A stretch of DNA of 34,766 bases, from positions 1-34,766 of the forward strand of contig CAYJTX010000003.1 in NCBI GenBank assembly GCA_964372615.1. Direction: 5' to 3'. This document shows, in pieces, positions 1 to 8,842 of the stretch (position 1 is the first letter of the stretch; the number at the start of each line of letters is the position of its first letter). The translations under genes were made by a program, and so were the position numbers. Source of the stretch: an uncultured Bacteriovoracaceae bacterium (GTDB taxonomy: Bacteria; Bdellovibrionota; UBA1018). Under the pieces are notes generated by a model. That model was given only the letters and a program-made list of their open reading frames with translations, ran no database searches and was not told where the DNA came from.

Positions 1-2
1 GC

Positions 3-1805
3 GCGTACGAGGGGGCGCTGACGAAGGCAGAGACCTTTGAGAAGAAGCACCCGAAGAGCGTGCAGATGGCCCAGATCCGGAACCTCCACGGCCTCTGTTT
101 CCTTCTCACCCGGCGCCCGTCGCTTGCGATTCCGCAGTTTCGCCTCGCGATCGACCTGAGCCCGAACGACACCTACCGCCAGTTCGTCCTCTACAATCTC
201 GCCTCGGCGCAGGTGGACGCCGGTCTGATCGAGGAAGCCCATCACGTCGCCTCGGAGATCCGCTCCGACTCCCTCGATCGAGAAACGCGGGCGAAGTATT
301 TTTCGCTGCGGGCCCGGGTCGCCTCCAGGCAGAAGCGCCACTCCGACGCGGTCCGGAACTGGCTGGCGATGGGGAGGCTCGTCGATCCAGCGCAGCTTCG
401 CGGAGGCGTGTCGGCGAGCCTCGAGGAAGAGCTGAAAGCCGTCCTTTCGCCTGAAGGCCTCGAGGATCTCTACCGGGAGTTCGAGGACGTCCCCCTGATC
501 GAGCACCTGCTCTTTCGCCTGGGAACGCTCGAGTTCGGGGGCGGCCAGATGGGTTCGGCCGAAACCCACCTCAGAGCGCTGCTCAGCCGCTTTCCGCAGT
601 CTCGGCATTACGCGGAGGCAACGGATCTCATGAATGCGATGCAGAGCCGGTCCGTGGTGGACGGAATGACCGTCGGCGTCCTCCTGCCGACGAAGGGCCG
701 GTGGGAAGAGGCGGCGCGACGAACCCTCCAGTCGATCGCTCTGGCCTTCAAGGTTTTCGGCAACGAGGAGAGGGACGTCGGCGTCCGTCTCGTGGTCGAG
801 GATAGCGGCGAGAGCGCGGAGTCGGCGCTCAACGGCCTCAACCAGCTTTTCTTTCGACACCACGTCGTGGCGGTGATCGGCCCCGTTCTGAGCAAGGGGG
901 TCGATCAGGTGACCCAGCGGGCACAGGATCTGGGTCTCCCGATCATCACCCTCTCCCAGCAACCTGGAATCACCGCCGATTACGTGATTCACGGCGGAAT
1001 CACCGCCAGGCTCCAGGCGCAGGAGATGGCGAAGTACGCTGTCCAGCGGCTCGGTATGAAAAGGCTCGCCATTCTCTTCCCTAAGGACAAGTTCGGGGAG
1101 CAGTACAGCCGGTACTTCTGGGATGCTGTCGAGGAGCTCGGGGCGCAGATCGTGGGTTTTGAGGGTTACCCGCCGAACGAGACCGATTTTCGACTGCCCG
1201 TCGACAAGCTTTCTGGTCTTCATTACAAGGACGCGCGCCAGCGGGAGCTCGATGCCCTGGCGAAAGAGCGCGAGACTGGCAAGATCACCAAACGCACCCG
1301 GAAGACAGAGCACCTCTTCGCCCTGAAGCCCGTGATCGACTACGAGGGCGTTTTCATCCCGGATGCGCCCGAAGTGGTGGGGCAGGCCATTCCCCATTTC
1401 GCCTTCCGAGACGTTACGGGTGTCAGGTTCCTAGGGATCTCGGCCTGGAACTCGCCGACCCTCATCGCTCGCGCGGAGCAGTACGCGGAGGGTGCCCTGT
1501 TCGTTGACGCTTTCCACGAGGAAGCCTCGAGGTCGACGGCGAAAAAGTTCGCCAGTCGATACAGGTCCGCCTTCGGGGGACCCCCGAAGGCCGCCGACGC
1601 GGTCGCTTACGACGCGGCGGCGATCCTGGACGACGCGCTCAGGACTCTCCCCGGGGACCGAACGCGTGGCCTTCTCAGGGAAAAGCTCACCTCGACCTCA
1701 GGCTTCGCAGGCGTCACGGGAAAGATCACCTGCCGCGACGGGGACCTTGTCAGGGACTTGACGGTATTCGTCGTTCGAGGCGGCCAGGTCACCGAAGCGC
1801 GGTAA
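3..1805 (+). CDS. TPR-repeat plus type-1 periplasmic-binding-fold (LivK/LpoA-like) protein, 5'-truncated by the window edge
   Basis: The frame of the 60..1805 ORF stays open back to nt 3 (AYEGALTKAETFEKKHPKS...), so the gene probably starts upstream of the window. The N-terminal part has TPR-like helices. From about 'TVGVLLPTKGRWEEAARR...VRLVVEDSGES...VVAVIGPVLSKGVDQVTQRAQDLGLPIITLS' onward it shows the typical Leu/Ile/Val-binding-protein-family pattern. Stop is TAA at 1803-1805. Confidence 0.75.
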   Translation, partial: AYEGALTKAETFEKKHPKSVQMAQIRNLHGLCFLLTRRPSLAIPQFRLAIDLSPNDTYRQFVLYNLASAQVDAGLIEEAHHVASEIRSDSLDRETRAKYFSLRARVASRQKRHSDAVRNWLAMGRLVDPAQLRGGVSASLEEELKAVLSPEGLEDLYREFEDVPLIEHLLFRLGTLEFGGGQMGSAETHLRALLSRFPQSRHYAEATDLMNAMQSRSVVDGMTVGVLLPTKGRWEEAARRTLQSIALAFKVFGNEERDVGVRLVVEDSGESAESALNGLNQLFFRHHVVAVIGPVLSKGVDQVTQRAQDLGLPIITLSQQPGITADYVIHGGITARLQAQEMAKYAVQRLGMKRLAILFPKDKFGEQYSRYFWDAVEELGAQIVGFEGYPPNETDFRLPVDKLSGLHYKDARQRELDALAKERETGKITKRTRKTEHLFALKPVIDYEGVFIPDAPEVVGQAIPHFAFRDVTGVRFLGISAWNSPTLIARAEQYAEGALFVDAFHEEASRSTAKKFASRYRSAFGGPPKAADAVAYDAAAILDDALRTLPGDRTRGLLREKLTSTSGFAGVTGKITCRDGDLVRDLTVFVVRGGQVTEAR

Positions 1806-1913
1806 ACGCTGCCGATTGGCAGGGCCCTGTCAGTCGCGCCATCATGGAATGAGGGAGACGCGGCTCGTGGACGAGGCCGTCGTCAGGAGTGGTAACCACC
1901 GTCAGGAGGACGA

Positions 1914-3320
1914 TTGGGCTTGCGATTCGACCCCGTCGGAGGGGGTCAGTTCAAGCAGGCGTTGAAGCAACTCATCGAGGTCGAACGACAGCCGGTGAAA
2001 AACCTGGAAGTGCGCAAGCAGCGCGAGGAAGCGCGCCTGAAGCTCTTTCAGGACTTCAAGACGAAGTTCACCGGCTTCGACAAGACCTTGGGCGAGTTCA
2101 CCGACTTCCGGAAATTCCGGGAGCTGAAAGCCGATCTCGGCGACGGGCAGAACTTCATGAGTGTCACGCTCGACAAGGACCGCGCCGAAGCGGGATCGTA
2201 CACGATCCAGATCGACCAGCTCGCCTCGCGCACGTCGGTCATTACAAACGGGTTCGAGGACCCCGACACCGCCGTTCTCGGCATTGGCTTCGTCGTCGGC
2301 CAGCTCGCCAACGGCGAAACGACCGAGATCTTCGTCGACGAGGCCAACTCGAGCCTCCGGGGCGTGGAAACGCTCATCAACCGCCAGCCGGGCAATCCGG
2401 TCCGCGCGTCCGTGATCAAGGATCTGACCGACCCGGAGCGCCCCTGGCGCCTGATCCTGACCGCCAAGAAAGACGGAGCCGACGACGCGGTCTACTTCCC
2501 GGAGTTCTACTTCCTCGACGGCAACGAAGACCTCTACATCGACAACGAGAACGATGCCCAGAACGCGCTGCTGATGCTCGACGGTTTTCCGATCGAATCC
2601 GACGGGAATCAGATCAAGGAGTTTCTCAAGGGCGTCAACGTCCAGCTCAAGGGCGCGCGACCCGACCAGCCCTTCACCCTGACGATCACGGAAGACCACC
2701 AGAAGATCGCCGGCAAGGTAAAGCTGCTGATCGACCAGATCAACTCGATCCTCGACTTCATCAACAAGCAGAACCAGGTCGACGACAAGAGCGACACGCG
2801 CACGACCTTCACCGGCGACACGAGCCTCCAGTCGATCGAGTACCGCCTTCGAAACCTGGTGCACGAGGGCTTTCCGGTGGGCGATCCCGACTCCGACGAT
2901 TTCAAGTTCACGTTCCTCACCGAGCTCGGGGTCGAGTTCGACAAGGGCGGTCAGCTCACGTTCAAGGAAGACAAGTTCACGAAGGCGCTCGAGGGCGACT
3001 TCGAGGCCATCGCCGAGGTGGTCACAGGGCCGTGGGGATTCGCGAACCAGCTGAAGACCGTGATCCAGGGCTACACGCAGTCCGGCACGGGCCTGCTGCA
3101 GACGCGCGAGCAGGGGCTCCGACAGAGGATCAAGAAGATCGACGACGACATCACCCAGAAGGAACGCCGCATCGACCAGCGAACCGAAGCCCTCACGGGG
3201 CAGTTCGCGCGCCTCCAGGCATCGCTCAGCAGCCTTCAGAGGCAGCAACAGTACCTGCAGGCCACGCTGCCTTCAGGCGGTGGCGGGAATCTCGTGAGCC
3301 AACTACTCGGCGGAGGATGA
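1914..3320 (+). CDS. fliD: Flagellar filament cap protein FliD (hook-associated protein 2)
   Basis: TTG start preceded by AGGAGGA at 1904-1910. The N-terminus 'GLRFDPVGGGQFKQALKQLIEVERQPVKNLEVRKQ' and the C-terminus '...RIDQRTEALTGQFARLQASLSSLQRQQQYLQ' match the FliD N/C coiled-coil signatures. It is followed directly by fliS. The antisense 1902..3248 and off-frame 1889..3325 ORFs are shadows. Confidence 0.9.
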   Translation: MGLRFDPVGGGQFKQALKQLIEVERQPVKNLEVRKQREEARLKLFQDFKTKFTGFDKTLGEFTDFRKFRELKADLGDGQNFMSVTLDKDRAEAGSYTIQIDQLASRTSVITNGFEDPDTAVLGIGFVVGQLANGETTEIFVDEANSSLRGVETLINRQPGNPVRASVIKDLTDPERPWRLILTAKKDGADDAVYFPEFYFLDGNEDLYIDNENDAQNALLMLDGFPIESDGNQIKEFLKGVNVQLKGARPDQPFTLTITEDHQKIAGKVKLLIDQINSILDFINKQNQVDDKSDTRTTFTGDTSLQSIEYRLRNLVHEGFPVGDPDSDDFKFTFLTELGVEFDKGGQLTFKEDKFTKALEGDFEAIAEVVTGPWGFANQLKTVIQGYTQSGTGLLQTREQGLRQRIKKIDDDITQKERRIDQRTEALTGQFARLQASLSSLQRQQQYLQATLPSGGGGNLVSQLLGGG

Positions 3321-3328
3321 ACTGACCC

Positions 3329-3721
3329 ATGAATTCCAATCAAAGAGCGAACCAGTACCGTCAAACCTCGATCCTGACCGCTTCCAAGGGGCAGCTCCTG
3401 ATCATGCTCTACGAAGCAGCGATCCAGAACGTCAAAAAAGCGTCGCTCTGCATCGATCGGAAGGACACGGCAGGGAAAGGTCGCCACATCGGCAAGGCGC
3501 ACGACATCGTGAATGAGCTGATCAACACGTTGGACTTCAAGGTCGGCGGCCAGATTGCCCGCGACCTGGAGCGTCTGTACAATTTCATGGTGGAACAGTT
3601 GGTGAAGGCCAACACGGAATCCTCCAAGGAAGCTCTGCAAGGCGTTCTCAGTATGCTCGAAAATCTCCACGGGGCCTGGAAGGGCGCGGTGGAGCAGGTC
3701 CAGAAGGGCCAGGCGAAATAA
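3329..3721 (+). CDS. fliS: Flagellin-specific export chaperone FliS
   Basis: 130 aa. 'NQYRQTSILTASKGQLLIMLYEAAIQNVKKA...GKAHDIVNELINTLDFKVGGQIARDLERLYNFM' is the canonical FliS four-helix pattern. It lies 8 nt after fliD. Confidence 0.9.
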   Translation: MNSNQRANQYRQTSILTASKGQLLIMLYEAAIQNVKKASLCIDRKDTAGKGRHIGKAHDIVNELINTLDFKVGGQIARDLERLYNFMVEQLVKANTESSKEALQGVLSMLENLHGAWKGAVEQVQKGQAK

Positions 3722-3728
3722 CCGACAC

Positions 3729-4166
3729 ATGGATGTGGTCTCTCTTCTCAAAGTCATCAACGGCAAGAACCGGGCGCTGAAGCGATTTCTCGATGTCTCA
3801 ACCGCCTTCCTCGGCGCGTCCGAGCGCGGGGACCTCTCCGGCCTCCAGAAGCTCCAGTGCCGTCGCGACGCCATCATCCGCGCCCTCGAGCTTTTTGACC
3901 GCCGGATCTCCGCCGGGGTCGCGACCCTCGTCCCCACCGAGCGCACGGAGAGCTTTGCCCGAGACGTCCGCGAAGCGCTCACGCGAAAGGATGCATTGAT
4001 CCACGACATCCTGGCCGTGGATCTGAAGATCATCTCGCTCATCGATAGCGAGAAGAACGAGATCCTGCGACAGATCGCGATGAGCCGGAAGCAGCGCGAT
4101 ACTTTCTCGAAATTCAAGAGCGCCTGGATGCCTGAGCCGGGCGACGGACTGGACGGGACGCTTTGA
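3729..4166 (+). CDS. Small helical protein, possible flagellar chaperone (FliT/FlgN-like), function unproven
   Basis: 145 aa, predicted all-helical. It starts 7 nt after fliS, and its TGA stop overlaps the TTG start of the next ORF. The position after fliS is where fliT-like genes often sit. I recognise no diagnostic motif. Confidence 0.55.
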   Translation: MDVVSLLKVINGKNRALKRFLDVSTAFLGASERGDLSGLQKLQCRRDAIIRALELFDRRISAGVATLVPTERTESFARDVREALTRKDALIHDILAVDLKIISLIDSEKNEILRQIAMSRKQRDTFSKFKSAWMPEPGDGLDGTL

Positions 4167-5365
4167 AAGAGCTGAGGGAAGCCCTCCATGAAGCGCTGAG
4201 GTCCCAGCTCGCCGATCGCGGTTACGAGGCCGAGATGGTTCCGATTCCCTCCCGAGGCAATCGAATGGTCCGGATCCGGACTGTCGAGGAGGCGCTCGAG
4301 GAGTTCGATGCCGAGACGGCTGACGGAGGCGTGAGCTACCTGGTGCAGATCCGTCCGCGTCGAGCCGCTCGCCAGGAGCGCGTGGCCCCTGCGCCCCAGA
4401 AGCCCGCGCTTGACGGAATCTACCTGCCCACGGGCCAGCTCAACGCCGGATTTTTGCGAAAGAACGCGGAGCTCCTCTTCACCGCGCGGGAGTACGCCCT
4501 GGCACGCAATATCCACTCGACCTTGCTGACGGCCGGCGACGGCAGCGCGGCCGCGCACTTCGGGATCGCGAGGTGCCTCGAGCGGGAGGGCAGGGACGCC
4601 GACGCCGTCACCCACTTCGAGGCCGCCATCGCGTTCCAGGCAACACTCGACTCTTACCAGCGCCTGGCGGCCGCGCTGATCCGCCTCAAGCGCGATCACC
4701 ACGCGGCTGAGACCCTGGAACGGGCACTCCGGCTCAAGGAAATTCAGGCTGTCTCTCGGGCCGAGCTCCACCGCGCCTGCGGCAACTGCTGGCTGCGTAC
4801 GGGCAGGTCCGATCTCGGCGAGACCCACCTCCGGCGGGCGCTCGAGCTCGCGCCCACGGGCGACGCCATTCAGGTCGACCTCGCCTCCACGCTTCTCCAG
4901 GCAGGACGATTGCCCGAGGCCCGAAAGCTCTACCAGGGCGCGCTCTCCGCCAACCCTCGGAACGACAGGGCCCTCTCGGGACTGGGTACCTGCTATCTCG
5001 AGGAGGGCGACAAGCGCCGCGCGCATGACCACTTCGCCCGTGCGCTGGACATCCAGCTTGGCAACCCGGCCACCCTCTTTCAGCTCGTTCGATGCGCTTA
5101 CGAGATCCGGAGCTACGCCACGGCGGCCCGGATCCTCGGCGATTACGTTCAGTCGAATCCGGTCAACGCGAACCTGCTCTACCGTCTGGCCGGACTTCAG
5201 TACCACCTCGGCAGGTTGGCCGAGGCGAAAGCGACCGCAAGCGACGCGCTCCGGCTCCAGCCGGATCACGCCGCCGCGGCCGAGCTGCTCAGAATGATTG
5301 AGCCGCTTGAATCTGTCATGGAGGACGGATGCCGACGGATGCCGAACGCCTCAAGGGAGAAGTGA
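4163..5365 (+). CDS. TPR-repeat protein
   Basis: 400 aa. The C-terminal ~270 aa consist of repeated 34-residue A/L/Y/G-patterned helices (e.g. 'ALSANPRNDRALSGLGTCYLEEGDKRRAHDHFARALDI'). The TTG start is translationally coupled to the previous ORF. The antisense 3236..5269 ORF is rejected as a shadow. Confidence 0.8.
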   Translation: MKELREALHEALRSQLADRGYEAEMVPIPSRGNRMVRIRTVEEALEEFDAETADGGVSYLVQIRPRRAARQERVAPAPQKPALDGIYLPTGQLNAGFLRKNAELLFTAREYALARNIHSTLLTAGDGSAAAHFGIARCLEREGRDADAVTHFEAAIAFQATLDSYQRLAAALIRLKRDHHAAETLERALRLKEIQAVSRAELHRACGNCWLRTGRSDLGETHLRRALELAPTGDAIQVDLASTLLQAGRLPEARKLYQGALSANPRNDRALSGLGTCYLEEGDKRRAHDHFARALDIQLGNPATLFQLVRCAYEIRSYATAARILGDYVQSNPVNANLLYRLAGLQYHLGRLAEAKATASDALRLQPDHAAAAELLRMIEPLESVMEDGCRRMPNASREK

Positions 5366-5456
5366 AGGAAAATCCGGAGTCCGAGGGCCTCGACGTGGAG
5401 CGGCTGCTTGCCGCCCTGCTTCGGGCCCTGCTCGACGAACAGAAACCGAGGCAGGC

Positions 5457-7304
5457 ATGAGCCAACCCTCGCAGGCGGCCGAGGCGCGACGCCCTGTCCG
5501 CATCCTCGTCATACAGCTGGCTCGCCTGGGCGACACGATCCAGAGTCTCATGGCGCTTCGCGCGGCCAAGCACCTGTACCCGGAGCTCGAGATTCACGTG
5601 GTCGCGCGAAAGCGGTTCGCCGCCGCGATCGAACGGATTTCCTGGATCGAGTCCGTGACCTCACTCGACACCGACGCCCTCCTGGGCCCGATCCTGACCC
5701 ACGAGAAGTCCGAGCGCGTAGGACTATCCGAGCTCGCGCGCTGGCTCGCTCCCCTCGTGGGCAAGACCTGGGACATGGTCTTCAACTGGACGTACTCCGA
5801 GGCGAGCAGCTACCTCGCCGCCGTTCTGCCGGCCCGGGTCAAGCTGGGCTACTCCCGTCGGAAGGACTTCAGCCAGTCGGTAACCGACGGTTGGAGCCAT
5901 TACATTCAGGCGGTGGTCCAGGGCGATGTGTCCCAGAATATCCACCTCACCGACGTCCTCACGACCCAGCTTCTAACGGCGCTGCAGATCCACGCCGGCG
6001 ATCCGATCGAGGAGAACGACGCCCAGGTGACTTCCAAGTCCTTTTTCGACCTCGCGCCACGCGTGCTCGATTGCCTGCGTGATCCGGCACGGAAAATGAT
6101 CGGCATCCAGCTCGGCGCGGCACGCGCCTCGAAGACCTGGTCGCCGGAAAACTGGGCCAAGGTCGCGAGCTACGTGCTCAAGCGACATCCGGAGACCTCG
6201 CTGGTGCTACTCGGCAGCGAGAGCGAGGAGTCCCTCTCGAACCGTTTCCTGTCCGCGCTGCGGGCCTCCTCGGGAGACCTCGAGGAACGCGTCCACACCT
6301 TTGTCGGGAAGAGCGATTTCGATTCCTGGGCCACGATCGTCGGGCGCTGTCAGTGGCTCTTCGCGGGTGATACGGCAGCCATCCATCTCGCAAGCGTGCT
6401 GGGCACCCGGGTGCTCAACGTCTCCGTGGGCCCGGTGAAGTGGGCCGAAACGGGTCCCTACGGAAACGGGCATTACATCATCTCCGCCGCCGCGGAATGC
6501 GCGGCCTGCGCCTCGGACACCTCGGATCCGGCCTCCCACGCCTGCCACGCGCGGGTCTCGCCCGAGGGAGTGTATACCGCGTGGTCCTATGCCTCCGGGG
6601 AGTGGTCGCACCGACGCCAGTTCGCGCTCGACGCCCACTACGCTCAGCAGGGTTTTTCGGGCGACCTCGCGGGCTCGCTGGTCCACCGCTCGCGGATCCG
6701 GACGCCCGACGAAGGGGGCGGCGTCACCTACGAGCCTCTCATTCACCGCCCCATTCAGGAGCGAGACTGGATGGCACAGGTCATGGGACACGTCGCGCGA
6801 GCCTGGTACTGCGGCTGGGTGCCGGCCATCGGAAGCGAGCTCCGGCGCGATACGGTGAATCCCGCGCTCGTCCGATACCTGCGAAAGCTCGATCAGAGCG
6901 CGGAGGTTCTGGCGAAGATCTGCGACGAAGCGAAGTCGACGGCGGCCCGACTCCACCGGAGGAGCTCGTCACTCCCCTCCGACCGCGTCATGCGCGTCGG
7001 GGACCGGGACGACCTTCGCGAGATGGGTCACAAGCTGCAGGAACTGGAGAAACTCATGGAGCGCGTGATCTCCGCGGAGCCCTCCCTCGCGGGATTTGCC
7101 CACATGAGCAAAGTGCTGATGCACAATCTCCCGGGGGTCCACCTCGCGGACCTCGGACGAGAAACCGCCGAGTCGTATACGCAACTCTCTCAGGGAATCG
7201 CTCTCGTGCGCGACTGGGTGAAGCACACGCTGTCGCTCGCGCGACCCGTCGCAATCGAAGGGGCCACTGTCATTCCCATGGTCGAGCCGGGAGCTCGCGT
7301 TTAA
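5457..7304 (+). CDS. Glycosyltransferase family 9 (heptosyltransferase-like) protein with a ~270-aa unique C-terminal extension
   Basis: I moved the start to the ATG at 5457 (MSQPSQ...). The track start at 5298 overlaps the TPR gene and encodes Arg/Gly-rich junk. GT9 hallmarks are present: 'RILVIQLARLGDTIQSLMALRAAKHLYPELEIHVVA', 'IGIQLGAARASKTWSPENWAKV', and 'LFAGDTAAIHLASVLGTRVLNVSVGP'. Residues encoded from about nt 6480 onward have no motif I recognise. Confidence 0.8.
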   Translation: MSQPSQAAEARRPVRILVIQLARLGDTIQSLMALRAAKHLYPELEIHVVARKRFAAAIERISWIESVTSLDTDALLGPILTHEKSERVGLSELARWLAPLVGKTWDMVFNWTYSEASSYLAAVLPARVKLGYSRRKDFSQSVTDGWSHYIQAVVQGDVSQNIHLTDVLTTQLLTALQIHAGDPIEENDAQVTSKSFFDLAPRVLDCLRDPARKMIGIQLGAARASKTWSPENWAKVASYVLKRHPETSLVLLGSESEESLSNRFLSALRASSGDLEERVHTFVGKSDFDSWATIVGRCQWLFAGDTAAIHLASVLGTRVLNVSVGPVKWAETGPYGNGHYIISAAAECAACASDTSDPASHACHARVSPEGVYTAWSYASGEWSHRRQFALDAHYAQQGFSGDLAGSLVHRSRIRTPDEGGGVTYEPLIHRPIQERDWMAQVMGHVARAWYCGWVPAIGSELRRDTVNPALVRYLRKLDQSAEVLAKICDEAKSTAARLHRRSSSLPSDRVMRVGDRDDLREMGHKLQELEKLMERVISAEPSLAGFAHMSKVLMHNLPGVHLADLGRETAESYTQLSQGIALVRDWVKHTLSLARPVAIEGATVIPMVEPGARV

Positions 7305-7341
7305 TCGAGCCGAGAGGCTCGCGATTGAAGGAGATGTCGCC

Positions 7342-7944
7342 ATGACCGAAGTCCGTATCAACGGCGAAACGAAACAGATCCCGGTCGGTGCTAACGCCGA
7401 TTTCGGCGAAGTCATGGACTACGTCGAGACCCACTGCCTGGGTGCCGACCGGCTGATCGGATCGATTTCTCTCGAAGGCCGGGAGATCGGTACGGACCAG
7501 AGGGACGAGCTGGCCCGAACGCGGGTCTCGGAGCTCCCTTCGATCGAGATCACGGTCGTGCACCCCAGGCAGATGGCGGTCGAGACAGTCGACCTGATCA
7601 CCCGCCACGCGGTAAACCTCTCGGAGCTCAGCCGCACGATCGCCGGCGAGTATCTGTCGGATCGCGTTCACCCCCGCCTCGGGGAGCTGGTCGAAGGGGT
7701 TCAGACACTGGTCGACGGAGTCACCTGGGTCAAGATGCTGCTCAAGGCCCACTCCATCTCCGCGGTCCAGGTCCTGGAGGCTGACCTCCTGTCGATCCTG
7801 AAGGACCTGCTCGAGGCCCACGAGTCCAAGGACCCCCAGCAGCGGCAGTACGCACGAGAGCTTCTCGGAGAGCACCTCCCCAAGAATCTGAGCGATTGGT
7901 GCACCGATGGCCTCCCCAGGATCGCTCTATTTCAGAGTAAATAG
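7342..7944 (+). CDS. Hypothetical protein (orphan at the end of the fliD block)
   Basis: The ATG is preceded by GAAGGAG at about 7329-7335. 200 aa with ordinary globular composition. The antisense 7270..7875 ORF looks like a shadow. No recognisable family motif. Confidence 0.6.
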   Translation: MTEVRINGETKQIPVGANADFGEVMDYVETHCLGADRLIGSISLEGREIGTDQRDELARTRVSELPSIEITVVHPRQMAVETVDLITRHAVNLSELSRTIAGEYLSDRVHPRLGELVEGVQTLVDGVTWVKMLLKAHSISAVQVLEADLLSILKDLLEAHESKDPQQRQYARELLGEHLPKNLSDWCTDGLPRIALFQSK

Positions 7945-8092
7945 TTGTAATTACTACACAAAAAAACAAATGGACTCCTTCCGGGCGCCGGTCTAAACAC
8001 ACCGCGTCATATCGGATTGTTTCTTAACCGTGCGAAAGAGCCAGTCGACTCATTTGCGTACGCGGGATCCGAACTAACGGAGGACTGAAATC

Positions 8093-8782
8093 ATGAATCG
8101 GTTGATCGTTCTGGCGGCCATGTCCGCCCTCACAATGGCCGCCACAGGTTGTGGCAGGGAATGCAAGCGCGCCCGCACCCAGATCATCGAACCCACGCAG
8201 CGTACCGCCGCGTATCTCGTCACGCAGCCGACCGGCCAAGCCCTGGCCGCCGAAGGATGCGCGAACATCCTCGAGGATCTTTCGAACGTCCCCGCCGGAG
8301 CGGATCGCATCCGCCGGCTGGCTCAGGACCGCTACACGAGCAGCCGCGCGTACTGCGCCCGAACGGCGACGAGCTCTCGCCTCCGCTGCACCCGTGGCCA
8401 CTCGACCACGACCTGCAGTCCGGGCGTTGGTCCTCGCCCCCACTCTCCTCCTCCTCACCATCCGGGCCGTCCCCCTTACCGCCCGCCGCACCACGTGCCG
8501 CCCGTCTGCCACACGCACTACGTGCCGGGCCAGTGTTACAACGAGAACTACTCGTTCTGCGCGCAGTGGGCCTACGACACGAACGTCGATCCTGCGTTCG
8601 CCGTGGCGATGGAGCTCGCCGGCGACCTGGACCGCATGTACGAGAACACCCAGCAGATGTGCACGAAGGCCACGGGCGGCGACTACGCCGGCGCCGAAGC
8701 CTCGGCGCGCGAGCTGCTGGCTCTCATTCAGACCGAAGTCCGTCCGGAAGGCGACCGGGTTTACGCCCGGGCCTGCCGCTAA
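8093..8782 (+). CDS. Cys-rich, His/Pro-rich lipoprotein, hypothetical
   Basis: The ATG is preceded by ACGGAGGAC. The signal peptide ends in a lipobox-like 'MAATGC'. Third-position GC is high in this frame. All three forward frames are open here, and the other two are rejected. The central stretch is 'HSPPPHHPGRPPYRPPHHVPPVCHTHYVPGQC'. Confidence 0.7.
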   Translation: MNRLIVLAAMSALTMAATGCGRECKRARTQIIEPTQRTAAYLVTQPTGQALAAEGCANILEDLSNVPAGADRIRRLAQDRYTSSRAYCARTATSSRLRCTRGHSTTTCSPGVGPRPHSPPPHHPGRPPYRPPHHVPPVCHTHYVPGQCYNENYSFCAQWAYDTNVDPAFAVAMELAGDLDRMYENTQQMCTKATGGDYAGAEASARELLALIQTEVRPEGDRVYARACR

Positions 8783-8804
8783 GGCGGTCGGCTGAGCTCA
8801 ATCA

Positions 8805-8842
8805 GAAAGGGCGGGGCCCTGCGGCCCCGCCCTTTCTATTTT
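8805..8842. terminator. Intrinsic terminator hairpin shared by convergent genes
   Basis: GAAAGGGCGGGGCC (8805-8818), loop CTGC, GGCCCCGCCCTTTC (8823-8836), followed by TATTTT on the + strand. It lies between the lipoprotein gene and the rarA stop at 8836-8838. Confidence 0.85.

Noticed and set aside
1809-1822. GCCGATTG (sigma28 -10-like) within the small palindrome CTGCC-GATT-GGCAG upstream of fliD
   Set aside because: There is no TAAA-type -35 at the required 15-nt spacing. It is more simply a weak 5-bp hairpin just after the upstream stop codon.
1902-5269. Long antisense ORFs (1902..3248 -, 3236..5269 -) and the off-frame ORF 1889..3325 + across fliD, fliS and the TPR gene
   Set aside because: Their translations are Arg/Gly/Ala/Leu/Glu-rich with no family motifs. 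They mirror genes with clear FliD, FliS and TPR signatures. These are typical high-GC shadow ORFs.
5298-5456. N-terminal 53-aa extension of the GT9 ORF in the track
   Set aside because: The extension overlaps the TPR gene end and encodes Arg/Gly-rich junk. The conserved GT9 N-terminus begins right after the ATG at 5457.
7945-8092. AT-rich intergenic stretch with TAAACACA...TCGGATTG, considered as a sigma28 promoter for the lipoprotein gene
   Set aside because: It gives only about a 4/8 match to the -10 consensus at imperfect spacing. A generic promoter region is likely, but I cannot support a specific call.
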